Shown here piece by piece: positions 27,806 through 36,699 of a DNA stretch of 64,000 nucleotides (its first letter is position 1; each line of letters opens with the position of its first letter). A program made the position numbers and the translations under genes. The notes beneath the pieces are model-generated. The model ran no database searches. It saw only the letters and a program-made list of their open reading frames with translations, and was not told the DNA's origin. Source of the DNA: Patescibacteria group bacterium (lineage in GTDB: Bacteria > Patescibacteriota > Patescibacteriia > UBA9934); NCBI GenBank assembly GCA_041659765.1, contig JBAZXR010000001.1, positions 595,338 through 659,337 of the forward strand, read 5' to 3'.

Positions 27806-29154
27806 AGTGCAGCGAGAAATTTCTTGTAGATCTCAACCATCGCCAGCGTGTCCAGTTCGCAATAGGCGAGCATGTCTTTGCGTAGCTGAGATTTTGTTTC
27901 GGGAGCCGCCCCGGGATCAGTCAGAACGGGCCAGCTAGCAGAGGCCGTGCCGCCTTCATGAATCGTCAGGGCGTCGTAGGAGAGCTCGGGACACATGACG
28001 GGGAGCACTTTTTTGAGTGATGCGCTGCCACCAAAACGGGAGTCGTCGTAATAGCCCTTACTCACGATAGTCTTCAAATCAAACATTCGCTCATTCAAAG
28101 ACGACATGAACGCGTCATACTTCGGCACCATGCGGGCGAGCTCGGCGTTGCGTGCAGCTTCAAAGGACATATGCCAAACGATCACACCCCCTGTGTCACC
28201 AACATGTCCCCGCAGGGATTCGACGAGAGTCGCGGCCGGGTCTGCGAACTCGTCCATCAAAAATTCGACGTGCTCGAGTCCCGCGTCCGGCGACGTGAGA
28301 ATATGAATCGAGTATTGAAACGGGCATTGCTGATACGGTCGATATCCGTCAAACGGCGGAATAGCGGGTCCGTAGGTTTCGTAGTCGAGGAAATAGAGGG
28401 GATACTCGAGCGCGTCCAGCTCTTCACGAATAGCCTCCTTGTTCACGGTCAGCCCAGGTTTCCCCGAAGACACAATGGGTTCTTCGACCTCGCCTTCGAT
28501 AGCCTGCAAGATACACGCCCGGAATTCGCATTTGGCCGGATCAGTACAATTTTTAATAATGTCGAGGTTCGGCTCAGTCCCCCATCCCAAAACCGCCAGC
28601 GCACGAGGGATTTCCTTCCTGCACAACGGCAACAATTCTTCGACCTCATGCGTCACGTCCGTCCGCGCGAACAATTTCTCTGGGTCGATTGCACCCTGCT
28701 TCACATACTGGTTGTCGATGTGGACGTGGACGGTTTTTCTAATCTTCAGCCCCGCATCTTCTAGACATACGCGCTGGAACGCCATATCCATCAAATGCTC
28801 CGGCTTCACCTGGGTAGTGCTTTTCACCTCTAGCAGATCTCAAGAATCATCGCTATTCTTTTTCAGGATATCCGCGCGACACGTGATCTCCCCGGCCATA
28901 AACGTTGGCTGGAGTAAAACCTTCGCACCGTCAGCGATAGCCTTCTCCGTATTCCCCGCCCCAGCCTTCCCAAAGCCCATCACGTTCACGCCCTTTGGGT
29001 ATAACTTCATCGCCCACGCATCCACCTCGTTGCCGGTTGTGAAAGCTCTCAATGTATCGGCGTCGAACGCCGGCGCAAGATCGGGGCGTTGCTTGAAGAG
29101 CCAAAGTTCGCACGAGCAACGAAGAAATTGGTTGAAGTTAGACTTCGAGATCAT
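27802..29154 (-). pseudogene. DUF2779-type PD-(D/E)XK nuclease plus DnaQ-like exonuclease protein, interrupted by an in-frame TGA at 28840-28842
   Basis: The two ORFs share a frame: CRADIL...DDS*DLLEVKSTT; C-terminal FLDYET, PFQYS, SLKKVLP, YCELDTLAM. Confidence 0.8.
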
Positions 29155-29164
29155 AGGCTATCGA

Positions 29165-29491
29165 TCAGTTACTCAACGATCGGAGATATTCTTTAACCGG
29201 CTCTGCTACTGTTTCTTCGCTTATGTTTCTCTCAATACAATAAGCCGTCTTGAACCAAACTGACAGATCCTTCGCTCCTCTACTCGAGTTACAACTTCCA
29301 CAGCAAATAGCGGCATAAAACTTCTCATTAAAAGGGCCGTCATTATGAAAGTGCTCAATAGTAGCTCTATCTTTGTAGTGATCCTTCGTGCCGATGCCAC
29401 CACCCATCACCTTGCGACAATAAACACACGCACTGTCTCTTGCGCGAATCTCCGCCTCGTCACTAGCTGAGATACCGTAGGTGTTGGACAT
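29165..29491 (-). CDS. Small HNH endonuclease
   Basis: RDSACVYC...TIEH...CCGSCNSSRG. Confidence 0.85.
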   Translation of the reverse strand: MSNTYGISASDEAEIRARDSACVYCRKVMGGGIGTKDHYKDRATIEHFHNDGPFNEKFYAAICCGSCNSSRGAKDLSVWFKTAYCIERNISEETVAEPVKEYLRSLSN

Positions 29492-29521
29492 AAATAATAG
29501 CGGGGGCTACGAAGCACCATC

Positions 29522-29581
29522 TTACAATCGAAAGCTCGAGGAGCAGCGGAGGAAGGAGGTGAAGTGAGATTTGGAGAGCAT
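29522..29581 (-). pseudogene. Remnant duplicate of the DUF2779 gene 5' end
   Basis: Encodes MLSKSHFTSFLRCS versus MISKSNFNQFLRCS at 29154. Confidence 0.75.
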
Positions 29582-29593
29582 AGACATGACCAA

Positions 29594-30310
29594 CTATACA
29601 ACCTTTCCATTCAGATAATTCGTAGCGATGTCCCGAAAAACTGCCTCAGAGAGTTCGAAGTTGAATAAACGGAAAAGTTCATCTGTGACATTCCTCGCCA
29701 AAAGGAAGATCTCTTCATCATTATTCAATTTATCAATATTCGTAGTTAAAACCGTCTCACTCGTTTTCTCTCTAACGCATAAGTATTCCCAAAAAAGCAT
29801 TCGTGAAGAATTTGCCGACATCAGCCGTCTCCCTTGAAGTTGATGGTGACGAACGGTGATAGATACGGTGGTGTCGCCGGCGATCTTTGCTAAGCGAAAA
29901 AAATTACGGAGATACATCAATGTTTCCGTCACTCGAATGATACGCGTATCGAAAAATACCGCGTTCTCTTTACGCTCATCTTCAAAGATTGTTTTGTATA
30001 AATAGAAAGCCCCGATCGCGTTCCAAGCCCAAAAATCTAAACTTCCTCGGCTTTTGTCGAATACCCGAGCAACGTGACCATCACGATCAGGTTGCGGCTT
30101 AAACTCACTACGATCCAAAAATACAGCAATCGGCCAACCAAACGTCTTAATTGTAGAATCCTTTGCCCAAGTGAGGATATCTCTCTTTTGAAGGCTAAGC
30201 TCATTATCAAAAAATACCTCAACCTCCATAATCCCTCTTTTTTTATCCAACGGAATGGACCTAGCTTCAGTCTTCATTCTATCGAACCACTGTTTTTGAT
30301 TTGCGGTCAT
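29594..30310 (-). CDS. Hypothetical protein coupled to the RelA/SpoT-like gene (putative sensor or antitoxin)
   Basis: 238-aa ORF with an ATGA overlap with the upstream stop; FGWP and DFWAW motifs. Confidence 0.8.
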   Translation of the reverse strand: MTANQKQWFDRMKTEARSIPLDKKRGIMEVEVFFDNELSLQKRDILTWAKDSTIKTFGWPIAVFLDRSEFKPQPDRDGHVARVFDKSRGSLDFWAWNAIGAFYLYKTIFEDERKENAVFFDTRIIRVTETLMYLRNFFRLAKIAGDTTVSITVRHHQLQGRRLMSANSSRMLFWEYLCVREKTSETVLTTNIDKLNNDEEIFLLARNVTDELFRLFNFELSEAVFRDIATNYLNGKVV

Positions 30311-31071
30311 AAACCATTCTTTTTATCATCCTGCTCTCTAGCCTGCTTTTGTACAAGTTGCCACACCTTTTCACACCCCCTATGAATCAAAGAAATTGCG
30401 TCGCTCAGGTCCTTGGAGTCACCTTTCTCGTCTCTGCCATATAGATATTTCCTATCTTGCACTGCCCAGGCATCACCCAAAACCGTTCTAAGTTGAATTT
30501 CACAATGCAAATCACGCGCGATTCGGTCGTATCTCATTGTCTTGGTTACAGTAAAATGGATTGCGTCATAAAACGGACTTGATCGTCTATCCAGTGTAGC
30601 AGTGTCAGTTTTATTGTTAGTCAATCCTAAAGGAGGTTGATTCCTCATTGGAGTCTTAGTGTCGAATACACCATGTTCATCTTTCGATGTTTTTACACAC
30701 TTACCCTCAAGGCGATATGCCTTCAATTCATTGTCTAATCGGTCAGCAAATTTCCAGAGATCGTCTGCACAATTCAACGTAACCCTTACCCCTGCTATGT
30801 CTTTAAAAGAAAATAGACTTTTATACTTTTTCTTCCCAGAGTTTTTATTCCCATCATTATAATTCTCTAAAATCTTACCGATGTCTTTTATATTCTTTCT
30901 AGCGCCGATTGTCTCCACATCGATTCCAGCCTCCTCACACTCCTCACAGATCTGGTTTACAAACCGTAGAATATTTCTTTGCAACTTTAAATACACAGGA
31001 GCCCAAACCACATATTCCTCTCTAATCTTATCCTCAGCCTTCATAAAACCCGCTTGGGTCAATCGCTCCAA
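30307..31071 (-). CDS. RelA/SpoT-family small alarmone synthetase-like protein
   Basis: KDIAGVRV, FYDAIHF, CEIQLRT...AWA; start is TTG at 31071 or ATG at 31044. Confidence 0.8.
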   Translation of the reverse strand: MERLTQAGFMKAEDKIREEYVVWAPVYLKLQRNILRFVNQICEECEEAGIDVETIGARKNIKDIGKILENYNDGNKNSGKKKYKSLFSFKDIAGVRVTLNCADDLWKFADRLDNELKAYRLEGKCVKTSKDEHGVFDTKTPMRNQPPLGLTNNKTDTATLDRRSSPFYDAIHFTVTKTMRYDRIARDLHCEIQLRTVLGDAWAVQDRKYLYGRDEKGDSKDLSDAISLIHRGCEKVWQLVQKQAREQDDKKNGL

Positions 31072-33482
31072 AGCTTCGCGATCGTTTCTTTAGTTTTTTG
31101 CTCGTAAATCTCAATCAGTTTCTTGGCAGATTCCATGAGCACACGCTCAGCCTCGATTTTTTCCACTATTTGTTTTTGGATGACAAGAGGTGGAAGAGGG
31201 ATTATTACATTTCTAACGATCTCGGAATTAAGATTTCTAACTACCCCACCCGTAGCGGCGTTCTCGAATTGTTCCACCACAATATCTGAACTCAGAATGT
31301 AGTACAGAAAATCTTTTCCGATCTTCTTAGCGTCTTCGGTTAAGCGCAACCAACCGTCATGAATATATCCGTCAATTTTCATTATATATGGACGCCCAAA
31401 ACTCATTGAGTTTGAAAGTACAAAATCACCAACAACGACTTTACGAGATTTTTCTGCGCCCTCCTTTGTCACTCTCTCCGCCGTATGAGTAATATATTTA
31501 TCAGCATTTTTTGTATCCCCAATTTTTACCCAATTAAATCCATCTGAGCTCTCTGTTATAAACTTATCTATCGGGCGCGGCGATGCCCCTCTTTCGATTT
31601 TACAAACTTCGCTGATTTTTACCTTCTCCCACTCTAAACCGATGTCAATTTTTGGTTTCCAATTTTGAGCGATTTGTTTCGCGCCAGCTATGATACCTGC
31701 GTAGCCGCTCAACTCCGCCACGATTTGCTCTTGAAATTCGAGGGAAGGAAGAGGAATCTTGAATTTAGAATATTGAGATATCCAGTATCGCTTGTGCTCA
31801 CCGGGAGTAAACGGGATATTCTGCATTACGTAATAGACATAGCGTATGTTCGCCAACTCTTTTTTTGTGTGTAGTATCTTCATTGCGGAAGACTTCACCT
31901 TGAACGGAAAATCGACAAATTTAGTTGCGGTTGTAAAATCATCAAATATTATCACTGGCAACCCCTCACGAAAAATACCCGTCGTCTCGTTGGTGTGGCC
32001 CAATACAAACGTCTTCCCTGCAGTGAGAACGGGGGTCAGATATTCATCTTTATAATCAACGGATTCGACCAAATACTTAGTGGGCTGCTCGTAGTCCAGA
32101 ACCTCGCCCAATTCTACCATCGGCCATTTTACGTTCGAGTGATCCATAGCGACCCGATATCGATCCGCGGAGAGATTGTAATCATCATTCTTCGCTATGT
32201 CCGTTTTTTCTACATAAATAACGTGCGCATCTTGAGCTTTCTTTCCCTTGGTCCATTCTCTCAAGATATTGACGGATGCAGGTAGATCGTTCTTGCCGAT
32301 GGGTCTACGAGTAGCACCGAGGTCGAATCCATCGTTTTCTATCTTAATAAATACTATTTCATTGAGCGTTTTGGCCAAAGTCACGTCAAAGAAAAGGATG
32401 CTTGTTTTGACGCCGGCGTATGGATTAAATACACCACCGGGAAGACTCACGACAGCAAAAAGACCATCTTCTACCAGATTCTTTCTTAGTTGTTTATACG
32501 CGCTACCCGACTGAAAGATGACCCCTTCTGGCACAATCACGCCCGCCCGGCCGCCTGGTCGCAAGTGGCTCATGATGTAATCGACGAAAAGCACCTCCGC
32601 ACGGTTAGATTGAACTCCAAATTTAGTATGCGGCTTAATCCCGCCTTTTGGAGACATGAATGGTGGGTTAGCTAAGATCACATCGAACTTATCGTTCCAA
32701 CGCTCGTCGCTGGAAAGAGAGTCATACTGGAAAATCTTTGGATTCTTAAATTGGTGGAGGTATGTATTTACCTGGGCAATACGAACCATTCCAGGATCTA
32801 TATCGTAACCCTCAAAATTATTCATCAGCTTGCGCTTCTCGTCTGGAGTAAGCGGTTTCTCTTTCTTTTCTGGGTCATCCTTACCATCGTGTTGCTCTAA
32901 AATGTGCCTATACGAGCTCACCAAAAATCCACCCGTTCCACAGGCAGGATCGAGGACCTTATCATCTTTGGTTGGGTTAACTACATCTACAATGAAATCG
33001 ATAATGTGACGCGGCGTGCGAAACTGGCCGGCATCACCCTGGCTAGACATGATCGAAAGAAGGTATTCGTATGCGTTACCAAGTTCTTCGGAATGCGAAT
33101 AATCAAAATAGTTAATTTCATTCAAAAACAAACCGAGAACTTCAGGCGATCTGTATGGCAAAAAAGCGGACTTAAAGATTCCACGAAATAATTCTGGTAG
33201 CTGTTTCGCCTCAGAAAACTTCAGAAGCGCTTCAGAATAGAGATTCATGCGCTCCTGGTTGCCCATACGTTGATCCATGAGGCGCGTCCAAGCGTAACGC
33301 TCGAGCTCACCCACGAAGAAGGACGGATCTCCGCCAGCCTTAATAGCAGCCTGATCCATGTCATCCATGAACTTATAGATAAGTGCGTTGGTGATCTGGT
33401 CAATTTGAGATGTTGGATTTGGCACTACGCCTACCAAAACCTGGCGAGCAGCATCAATGTGGCGTTTTGTTTCGGTATTCAT
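31059..33482 (-). CDS. Type I-like RM N6-adenine methyltransferase fused to a specificity subunit with two TRDs
   Basis: GQFRTPRHI, DPACGTGGF, ANPPF; two IPLP(S/P)L..Q.QIV S-subunit repeats. Confidence 0.93.
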   Translation of the reverse strand: MNTETKRHIDAARQVLVGVVPNPTSQIDQITNALIYKFMDDMDQAAIKAGGDPSFFVGELERYAWTRLMDQRMGNQERMNLYSEALLKFSEAKQLPELFRGIFKSAFLPYRSPEVLGLFLNEINYFDYSHSEELGNAYEYLLSIMSSQGDAGQFRTPRHIIDFIVDVVNPTKDDKVLDPACGTGGFLVSSYRHILEQHDGKDDPEKKEKPLTPDEKRKLMNNFEGYDIDPGMVRIAQVNTYLHQFKNPKIFQYDSLSSDERWNDKFDVILANPPFMSPKGGIKPHTKFGVQSNRAEVLFVDYIMSHLRPGGRAGVIVPEGVIFQSGSAYKQLRKNLVEDGLFAVVSLPGGVFNPYAGVKTSILFFDVTLAKTLNEIVFIKIENDGFDLGATRRPIGKNDLPASVNILREWTKGKKAQDAHVIYVEKTDIAKNDDYNLSADRYRVAMDHSNVKWPMVELGEVLDYEQPTKYLVESVDYKDEYLTPVLTAGKTFVLGHTNETTGIFREGLPVIIFDDFTTATKFVDFPFKVKSSAMKILHTKKELANIRYVYYVMQNIPFTPGEHKRYWISQYSKFKIPLPSLEFQEQIVAELSGYAGIIAGAKQIAQNWKPKIDIGLEWEKVKISEVCKIERGASPRPIDKFITESSDGFNWVKIGDTKNADKYITHTAERVTKEGAEKSRKVVVGDFVLSNSMSFGRPYIMKIDGYIHDGWLRLTEDAKKIGKDFLYYILSSDIVVEQFENAATGGVVRNLNSEIVRNVIIPLPPLVIQKQIVEKIEAERVLMESAKKLIEIYEQKTKETIAKLWSD

Positions 33483-33484
33483 AC

Positions 33485-36052
33485 TTATCCTAAATTGGTT
33501 AGCTGATAAGCGTAGTCACGGACATATTGCGGAACTGTAGTTTTGAACCCGTTAAGTTTTTGATAGTCATCGAAATCAAATGAACCACGAACATTAAATT
33601 CGGCCGGCTTGTTCTGCTTTACAATGTCGCGAACCTCTTCGTCCACAATATACGCCTTAAAGAAGTTTTTGGTTGGTTGGTAGTGTTCCTGGTCTACTTC
33701 ATAAATATCCATGAACTTCTGCCACTCTGACTCCAGAACGTCATCCTTCATCTCGAATGTATCTTTTTCACCAAATGCTACCTGCAAAAACTCTCGAACG
33801 GTGATCCGGCGATCAACACCGAAAATTTTACGGATCTTATCAAGGTTAAGGAAGTATTTTGGCTTGTCGAAAATCTGCTTTTTCGCAAAATCCTCGGCGC
33901 CTTCGGTGTCGCCATTACTCCAGAGATTCTTAAGCGTTTCATTGCCTAGCACATCTTCCTCAACAGCACGCTTAAAACCTTCACGATCAATTCGCATGCC
34001 TTCCTCACCGACTGGAGTCTCCGAAATAGTGGCCAGCTCGTCAGAAGTGGCCAAATCCACGATCCCCTTAAATATCTTCTTGCCATTCTCATCTACAAAT
34101 TCTCCCTGCGCTAATTCCTTACCCGTTGCGGTCTTTTTCTCCTCTGCCTTCTTAACTACCGGAAGCTTGATCTTCTCGTCGTACTTGAATTCTTTTTCAA
34201 AATACTCGCACGTGGCAAAGAAATCGAAAAACTTAAACTTGTCTTTAGCTACCGCGATAACATCACTGTCTTTATAATCCTTATGTTCAAACAAATATGT
34301 TCTAGTTCCACGTCCCTTTATCTGAACAAAATCTGCCGGACTAAAAACCGGACGCATTAGACCAATGTTGAGAAGATCCTGACAGTCGTATCCCGTGGTC
34401 ATCATGCCGACAGTAACAACAACGCGTGTCTTGCCCGTATCATATCCCTCCGGCTCCTTTGCATGACCGCCGAGGCGGTTATTCGCAAAATTAATGGTCA
34501 TTTGTTGTGCATCTTGCACCTGAGAAGTAACCTGCATGGCAAAATCAGATTCTCCGTATTGTTTTGGCCACTTTTCAAACGCTAATCTATTGAGAATATT
34601 AGTGACTCGCGCTGCATGTTTCTGTGAGACACAAAAGACAATGGACTTGCCGAATAATTGAACGCCCAATTTTTCTGCCACTGGATCAAAGATGCCGTTA
34701 TCAACAAATGCCTTACACATGGCAATATTCGTTTCTTCGTTGAAAAACTTTCGCTCGTAGTGCTTTGCGCTATATGTCTCGTCGACCGTTTCTCCACTTT
34801 CAGCTGCAGTGTGAACGCTATACCCTTTTTCCGACAACAACTCAGTCGTGATTTCCGTTCTTGCGTCTACTATCACGGGATTAATCAAATACCCATCTTT
34901 TACACCAGACAACAAATCATATCTAAATGTAGGCTCGCCGGATTCGCAGCCGAAGGTCTTGTACGTGCTTAAAAGCACACGTCGCTCATATTCACGCTGA
35001 GTATCCGCGTCCTCAGCGTCTACGCCCTTTAAGTAGTCCTTCGGAGTCGCGGTTAAACCGAGCTTATAGCCAACAAAGTATTCGAATACTGCCCGACTAT
35101 TACCACCAATTGAACGGTGAGCTTCGTCAGAAATCACTAGCTCAAAATCTGTGGGTGAAAATTCTTTCTTATACCGATCACCTGCCATGAAAGATTGAAT
35201 GGTCGAAACCACTACACTCGCATTCTGCCAAGAATCACGGCTCTCTTTATAGATAACACTTCTAAAATCCTTTCCAAGATACTGAGAAAATGCCTTCTGC
35301 GCCTGGTCCTCAAGCTCGATTCTGTCCACTAAGAATAAAACACGACGAGCATTGCCAGATTTCAGGAAAAGCTTAATAACCGCCGCAGAAATAAGTGTCT
35401 TGCCGGTACCCGTCGCCATTTCAAACAAGAATCTTTGTTTTCCCTCCTTGGCTGACTCTTGCAACGCCTTGATTGCCTGTACTTGATACGGACGAAGCTG
35501 TTTAAGATTATTATTTCTCAAAAATTCGCTTCGCGTTTCCGCATCCTTAAATGCTGGATCCTTAAAAAATCCAGGCATCTGCGTATCTACTACATAGTTC
35601 CCATCAACTAACGTTTTTGCTAGTTCGTCAGGATTCGGGGTGTATTTCTCATATTGTGTAATGGAATCCTGAGTGGGAAAACGAGAAATAGTATCAGGAT
35701 TTCCTTGCTTTGTATCCCAAAAATAGTGAATATTCCCATTTGAAAGAATGATAAATCTCGCTCCAACATTCCGAGCATAATTCCTCGCCTGTTCTTTTGC
35801 TGACAAAGGATCAACAGACTCTTTTTTAGCCTCAACCACAACTAATGGCCTACCGTCTTTATCTAAAAGAAGAAAATCTATAAAACCATGAGCCTCATAC
35901 TCAAAATCATCGCCAAGATCAGCGTATTTCACGCCTGGCTCCAGCTGAATATTCGCCCTGCCCTTCTTCTTATCATCCTCAAACCGCCAGCCTGATTCTT
36001 CGAGGAGTTTGTTAATCTTTATTCTAGCCTTAGCCTCTTTTGCATTTGCCAT
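33485..36052 (-). CDS. hsdR: Type I restriction endonuclease subunit R (EcoAI/EcoEI-like)
   Basis: IDFLL...VVEAKK nuclease domain, MATGTGKT, DEAHRS, TATP, QIKGRGTR. Confidence 0.9.
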   Translation of the reverse strand: MANAKEAKARIKINKLLEESGWRFEDDKKKGRANIQLEPGVKYADLGDDFEYEAHGFIDFLLLDKDGRPLVVVEAKKESVDPLSAKEQARNYARNVGARFIILSNGNIHYFWDTKQGNPDTISRFPTQDSITQYEKYTPNPDELAKTLVDGNYVVDTQMPGFFKDPAFKDAETRSEFLRNNNLKQLRPYQVQAIKALQESAKEGKQRFLFEMATGTGKTLISAAVIKLFLKSGNARRVLFLVDRIELEDQAQKAFSQYLGKDFRSVIYKESRDSWQNASVVVSTIQSFMAGDRYKKEFSPTDFELVISDEAHRSIGGNSRAVFEYFVGYKLGLTATPKDYLKGVDAEDADTQREYERRVLLSTYKTFGCESGEPTFRYDLLSGVKDGYLINPVIVDARTEITTELLSEKGYSVHTAAESGETVDETYSAKHYERKFFNEETNIAMCKAFVDNGIFDPVAEKLGVQLFGKSIVFCVSQKHAARVTNILNRLAFEKWPKQYGESDFAMQVTSQVQDAQQMTINFANNRLGGHAKEPEGYDTGKTRVVVTVGMMTTGYDCQDLLNIGLMRPVFSPADFVQIKGRGTRTYLFEHKDYKDSDVIAVAKDKFKFFDFFATCEYFEKEFKYDEKIKLPVVKKAEEKKTATGKELAQGEFVDENGKKIFKGIVDLATSDELATISETPVGEEGMRIDREGFKRAVEEDVLGNETLKNLWSNGDTEGAEDFAKKQIFDKPKYFLNLDKIRKIFGVDRRITVREFLQVAFGEKDTFEMKDDVLESEWQKFMDIYEVDQEHYQPTKNFFKAYIVDEEVRDIVKQNKPAEFNVRGSFDFDDYQKLNGFKTTVPQYVRDYAYQLTNLG

Positions 36053-36243
36053 AGTCCTGGAGATTCTATCACCGGTCTAAAAACCCCGCCACATCAAGTA
36101 AAGTCAGCTTGCCGACGAGTGCATGCCTTATGCGCAAAGTATCCCCTTCCCCCGAAGCCTATTATCAGCGAGTATAGGCATGGCGGATCGGGAGGTGGTC
36201 GAACCCGCGAAGTCAATTAATATTAACCCCAGTACACACACCT

Positions 36244-36453
36244 ATGACAGACATCAAAGGGAACCAGGACGGACCCGGCGGTCGAAACGAAACGTATAAA
36301 ATCGGTTCGCGCCGTGAAGTCCCCCGAGTGCAGGCAGTACGAGAGGTAAAGGCCGGAACACACGACGGAGCTCATGTGGTCAAAATCAATGGCCGGGAGT
36401 ACGTTCGTGACAATCCGGACAGCTCCAAGCGTGACAACGTCAACCAACGTTAA
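36244..36453 (+). CDS. DUF3892-like small protein
   Basis: C-terminal GREYVRDNPDSSKRDN. Confidence 0.7.
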   Translation: MTDIKGNQDGPGGRNETYKIGSRREVPRVQAVREVKAGTHDGAHVVKINGREYVRDNPDSSKRDNVNQR

Positions 36454-36561
36454 GGTTAATGGAAAAGCTGCACGAGTAGATAGAGCCCGCTCGGAAGGAG
36501 TAAATGAGGCAGTTGTAATCTGAAAATGGCGCTCGAAAGGTAGCACCTTCCAAAGTCACAC

Positions 36562-36588
36562 AAAACCCCGTCGGCCAGGCGGGGTTTT
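36562..36588. terminator. Bidirectional terminator
   Basis: AAAACCCCGTC-GGCCA-GGCGGGGTTTT. Confidence 0.7.
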
Positions 36589-36699
36589 GCTTACGCTCTC
36601 TCTTCATCTTCGCGGTTTTGAAGTCTTCGCCTCCCCTATAAAGGGACTGCTGCGGGTGCCCGCCGTAGTCAGTAAACCTATGGCTTTAAACATCTGCGC

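Noticed and set aside
28840-28842. Genome-wide UGA recoding (code 4 or 25)
   Set aside because: TGA ends thyA, DHFR and dut at their expected C-termini, and only one internal TGA was seen
36454-36699. ncRNA or IS605-end remnant (hairpin GACTGCTGCGGG-TG-CCCGCCGTAGTC)
   Set aside because: Single copy, no recognisable family motif and no transposase remnant
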